Below are positions 60,702 through 64,000 of a stretch of 64,000 nt of DNA, piece by piece. The DNA lies in assembly GCA_965637545.1 (NCBI GenBank), contig OZ281495.1, forward strand, positions 10,292,001-10,356,000, read 5' to 3'. The first letter of the stretch is position 1; each line of letters begins with the position of its first letter. The notes below the pieces were generated by a model, which did no database searches, was not told the origin of the DNA, and saw nothing but the letters and a program-made list of their open reading frames with translations. Origin of the DNA: Phallusia mammillata (lineage: Eukaryota). A program made the translations under genes and the position numbers.

Positions 60702-61033
60702 CAGGGGTGTGCAAGCTTTTTCACCGTGGGGTCAATTACAATTACCATAAACATATCGCGGGCCGCACCTGTATAGAACACAAAGTGATTTTACTTTGTT
60801 GCATACCAAATATGCCTATATTAAATTAATAACTATAAGTAAAATTCGCATTTAATTCCAGCCACATTATAGTCAGGTGGTAAAAAAAAACACCAGACGC
60901 ATTAATCTGCTCAAAATATTTAATAAATGGACTCGGTTTCCAGTGCTTTTGAATTCCAAGCGTCTCTGCACGTCCCACAACATTTATTCAATGGACCACA
61001 CTTGGACTGCGGGCCGCAGGTTGCACACTGCTG
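60702..61033. mobile_element. Degenerate hAT-type MITE
   Basis: CAGGGGTGTGCAA...TTGCACACTGCTG termini and GCGGGCCGCA subterminal motifs; poor TSD match. Confidence 0.55.
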
Positions 61034-62276
61034 ATATAAAGGATATACACAATAAATACACTATATAATTTAACAACAAAAATATACATTTCTTACTGCT
61101 AAACAATGTGACAGCGTTGTTAGCGGGCCCGAAATTAGAGTTTAAACCCAAAACGTTTTTGAGAAGCCCGTTTAGGCAAGAAAGTTTGATTGACATGGTT
61201 ATACATGAAAACCTAGTACAGCTGTACAGAATACAAAGAAGACATAAATAATGGGCAATAATAAAGCATGGCATAAACGAGACGTTAAAATAAATCAAAT
61301 CCTGGCATTTAGCAATGAGGAGTGTTAACCGGTTTACTGCCAATTGCGCAACACACACATCGCTTGCAGAGGCGTTTAGGGCTGACAAGCCATATAGGGT
61401 TGTATACTAAGGCAGGAAATATCAGAATTAATCATCTATTGTAAAGCAAACCAATCGAGCGCTACCGAGTTTCCTGTTTTTTACCCCGCAAACCTAACCA
61501 CGATTCCAACGCTTCCATAAAGCAACGCTTGTGTTTACCTTATAGGTAGCTGATGTTATTTCTTTTTTTGCGATTAACTACACCAAAACGCAAACAATTT
61601 TCTATTTAATGCGGTGTATCTGCAGCGCTGACCATTATCCACCAATTGTCCCCTTCATCTTTTTGTGCTCCATAACGTTTTAACGTTGCGCAACTATTTC
61701 CAGCTTGGTGATTGTTTTAGTGCTACTGTGTCGCTATGTTCACCTAGCTAAATAAACTCATCTCATCCAATTAAGCCCGTAGCTATCAGCCCAAATAAGA
61801 GCCGTAACCCAAGTCGTTATTGAGAAGCCCGTTTACGTTTGAAAGTTTCACTGATAGGTTAGAACATGGGTAATAATAAACCATGGCTAAAAGAGATGTT
61901 TTAGGGCTGTTTGGCATTTCGTTATATTCAGCAATTGACAGACTGTAATTGACAGATTTATCACAGAGAATCTCATGTTTATTACCGTGTATAAGAAGCA
62001 GAAAGAATATAAATTTCACAGATGAACAAGCGCACAAAGCTTGGGAAAAACAAAACAAATGTCAACATTTACACAGCAAAACAATAACACACAAGAATCA
62101 ACGCAGGTATACGGCCTATGATATCAATCCAAATTAAAATCTACACCACAAACGAATGGCAAAAAGTTGTTATTCAAATACAGTTTTTACACAGTTACAC
62201 ACCCTGCGAATATTCTTCTTACGAAATGGAAAGTAACTGAGAAAGCTCAGTAAGTTTTGTTCTTCAAACTATTTCA

Positions 62277-64000
62277 CTAGTATAAAGCGAAACGATACAC
62301 AACACCACAGATGAGAACGACCAGCACAACTCCAAGGAAAGCATACATTTCCTGGTCGTGGGAATCTTGAATGGATCGTAGCATCTCCTCAACATCAACG
62401 TATTGCACCCTTTTTCCATCATTTTCCTTCTGGAGCTCGGAGTTGGTGTGTTGAGAGGAGATGATGATTGGACCAGCAGAAAGCAGTTGTTTATTTCCAG
62501 CGATTGTTATCTCGCGACGACGGCGGCGCTTCTTGTCACACTGAAATGGATGAAGGGCAATTAGTTTTACTGACTAAATGTTTTTCTGACTAAACGCGTC
62601 ACTGAATTGCTTAATTCAGTGGGGGGCGATTTCGTCTACCGAGGGGGCGATGGTGACAATTTTGGGAGTTGGGGGGCGATATGACTTCACAAGAGGGCGA
62701 TTTCAACATTACTGATTGTATAAATATGTACGAGAACTGTGAGGCTCAGCTAACTTTAACTTACAAGCAGATATAGTTTGTCATGCAAACAAACACCAGG
62801 GACAAGCGTCGCATTAGCATAAAGATGCTGCTATTTGAATACATTGTGTTTACTGGTGATTGTACTTTTTGTGATCTCGAAAGCATGCTTGGGCAGTTCA
62901 TTAGCCACAGGGACTTTATTGGGGCTATGTATGGTGACCGGCCTTCTTTTTTAAATACAACGGTAACGAGCTTTACTTCAAACTTGTTTCGCTTTCACAC
63001 TGCAAATTTTCCTATAAAACTACAAGCGCTTTCCCAAAAAAAGTATTTGTATCATTTAGGATTCTCCTCTTCCAAGTAATGCCCCATTGTTTTCAACAAA
63101 AGAAAGCGATTGTTTGCGCATAATCGTAGTATTGTTTTGTCTATGAATGAACGACCTTTTCACAGGTGTGTCAAAAGAATTGCGTGAAATGGACTTTGCA
63201 TGTTGTAGAAGCAATTAAAGTAGGGAAACTTTTATACAAATAACAATCTCATAAAGGGGCTATTTTGAGCCAGTGCCTTGGAAAGGGGGCAATTGAAGCA
63301 AAAAGGTTGAAGACCCCTGGCTTAATCCATAAAAAGCGTTAAGTGATTTTCTGCGTTAAGTTGACATGTCGGAAGGAGATGTTTCTATAACACTTGCAAA
63401 AGACGGTTTTTCCTAATTAGTCGTTCCAGAAATTAATGATCATTTTTCGAACTACATCAGTATGACGTTATCGCTTACCTCATCCGGACAAAGTCCCGCG
63501 TCAGTATCACATATGGTGACGTCACAGTGCACGTACAATTCTTGTTCAGTGACGTTGGTCCACACGAAGGAACGAAATTTGAACTGTCCATAGATTGGGT
63601 GACTGTTTCTCATCACCACAATTGCATTGGCAGGATCGTATGGGTTTGATGCAGGGCAGCTGAAAAAACAAAAAAGGTTGTTAATTGCTCTTTTCTTATT
63701 GAGCAGAATTGAATTTTAAACTGTTCTTTTTTTGAAAAAAATGCTATGGGAATGTGAAAACCATCCATGTTTTCACAATGAAATTAAAAAAATTTGTTCC
63801 CCCCCCAAACTTTGTTCCCACCTCAACAGTTGACAGGAAAATTACTAAAATAAATTATATGCATTGTTTCAATGCAGACCTAGGTGACCTTACGATGTAA
63901 GTGATTTCACTTTGATGAAGATAAACAGAAATGAAAATTGTACCTGGCTGTGATGATGGGATATATTGGAGTAGAAGTTGGTTCCATTCCCTCTGTAGAC
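62277..64000 (-). CDS. Array unit U6, 3' part only (exons J partial, K, L); continues beyond the window
   Basis: L 62277-62540, K 63479-63659, J from 63944 to the window edge; open frame with the same ZP-C, RRRRR and TM motifs. Confidence 0.85.
62617..63319. mobile_element. hAT-type insertion in U6 intron K/L
   Basis: Right end GGTTGAAGACCCCTG; left end eroded; near-perfect TSD GCTTAATT / GCTTAATC; absent from the same intron in U2, U4 and U5. Confidence 0.7.

Overview
Eukaryotic, AT-rich, intron-containing DNA from an invertebrate animal. A tunicate-like genome is my inference from the short introns and transposon families; it cannot be proven from this window. The left end holds a 6-exon type-I membrane C-type lectin gene (1921-3840, +), a decayed gag-like remnant and a recent BEL/Pao LTR retrotransposon (6648-13119, -). 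From 14.1 kb to the window end is a minus-strand tandem array of at least six paralogous units of a 12-exon gene (exons A-L) encoding signal peptide, two CUB-like domains, a Pro hinge, ZP-N, ZP-C, an RRRRR furin site, EHP and TM (CUZD1-like architecture). U2 (599 aa) and U5 (597 aa) are full length. U4 is a clean in-frame CUB-less ZP gene (379 aa). U1 and U3 are deleted or frameshifted, and U6 runs off the window. The CUB-like exons are divergent between units while the ZP-C/TM exons are nearly identical. The array carries many mobile elements: a non-autonomous BEL with apparently identical LTRs and an open but gutted pol, an Ingi/Vingi-like LINE with a complete HDV-like ribozyme fold at its exact 5' end, a Kolobok (THAP+DDE) remnant, a CACTA/EnSpm-like element, and many hAT MITEs, one of which duplicated a splice acceptor. 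All exon structures were assembled by eye from GT-AG signals and phase compatibility; no database searches were run.
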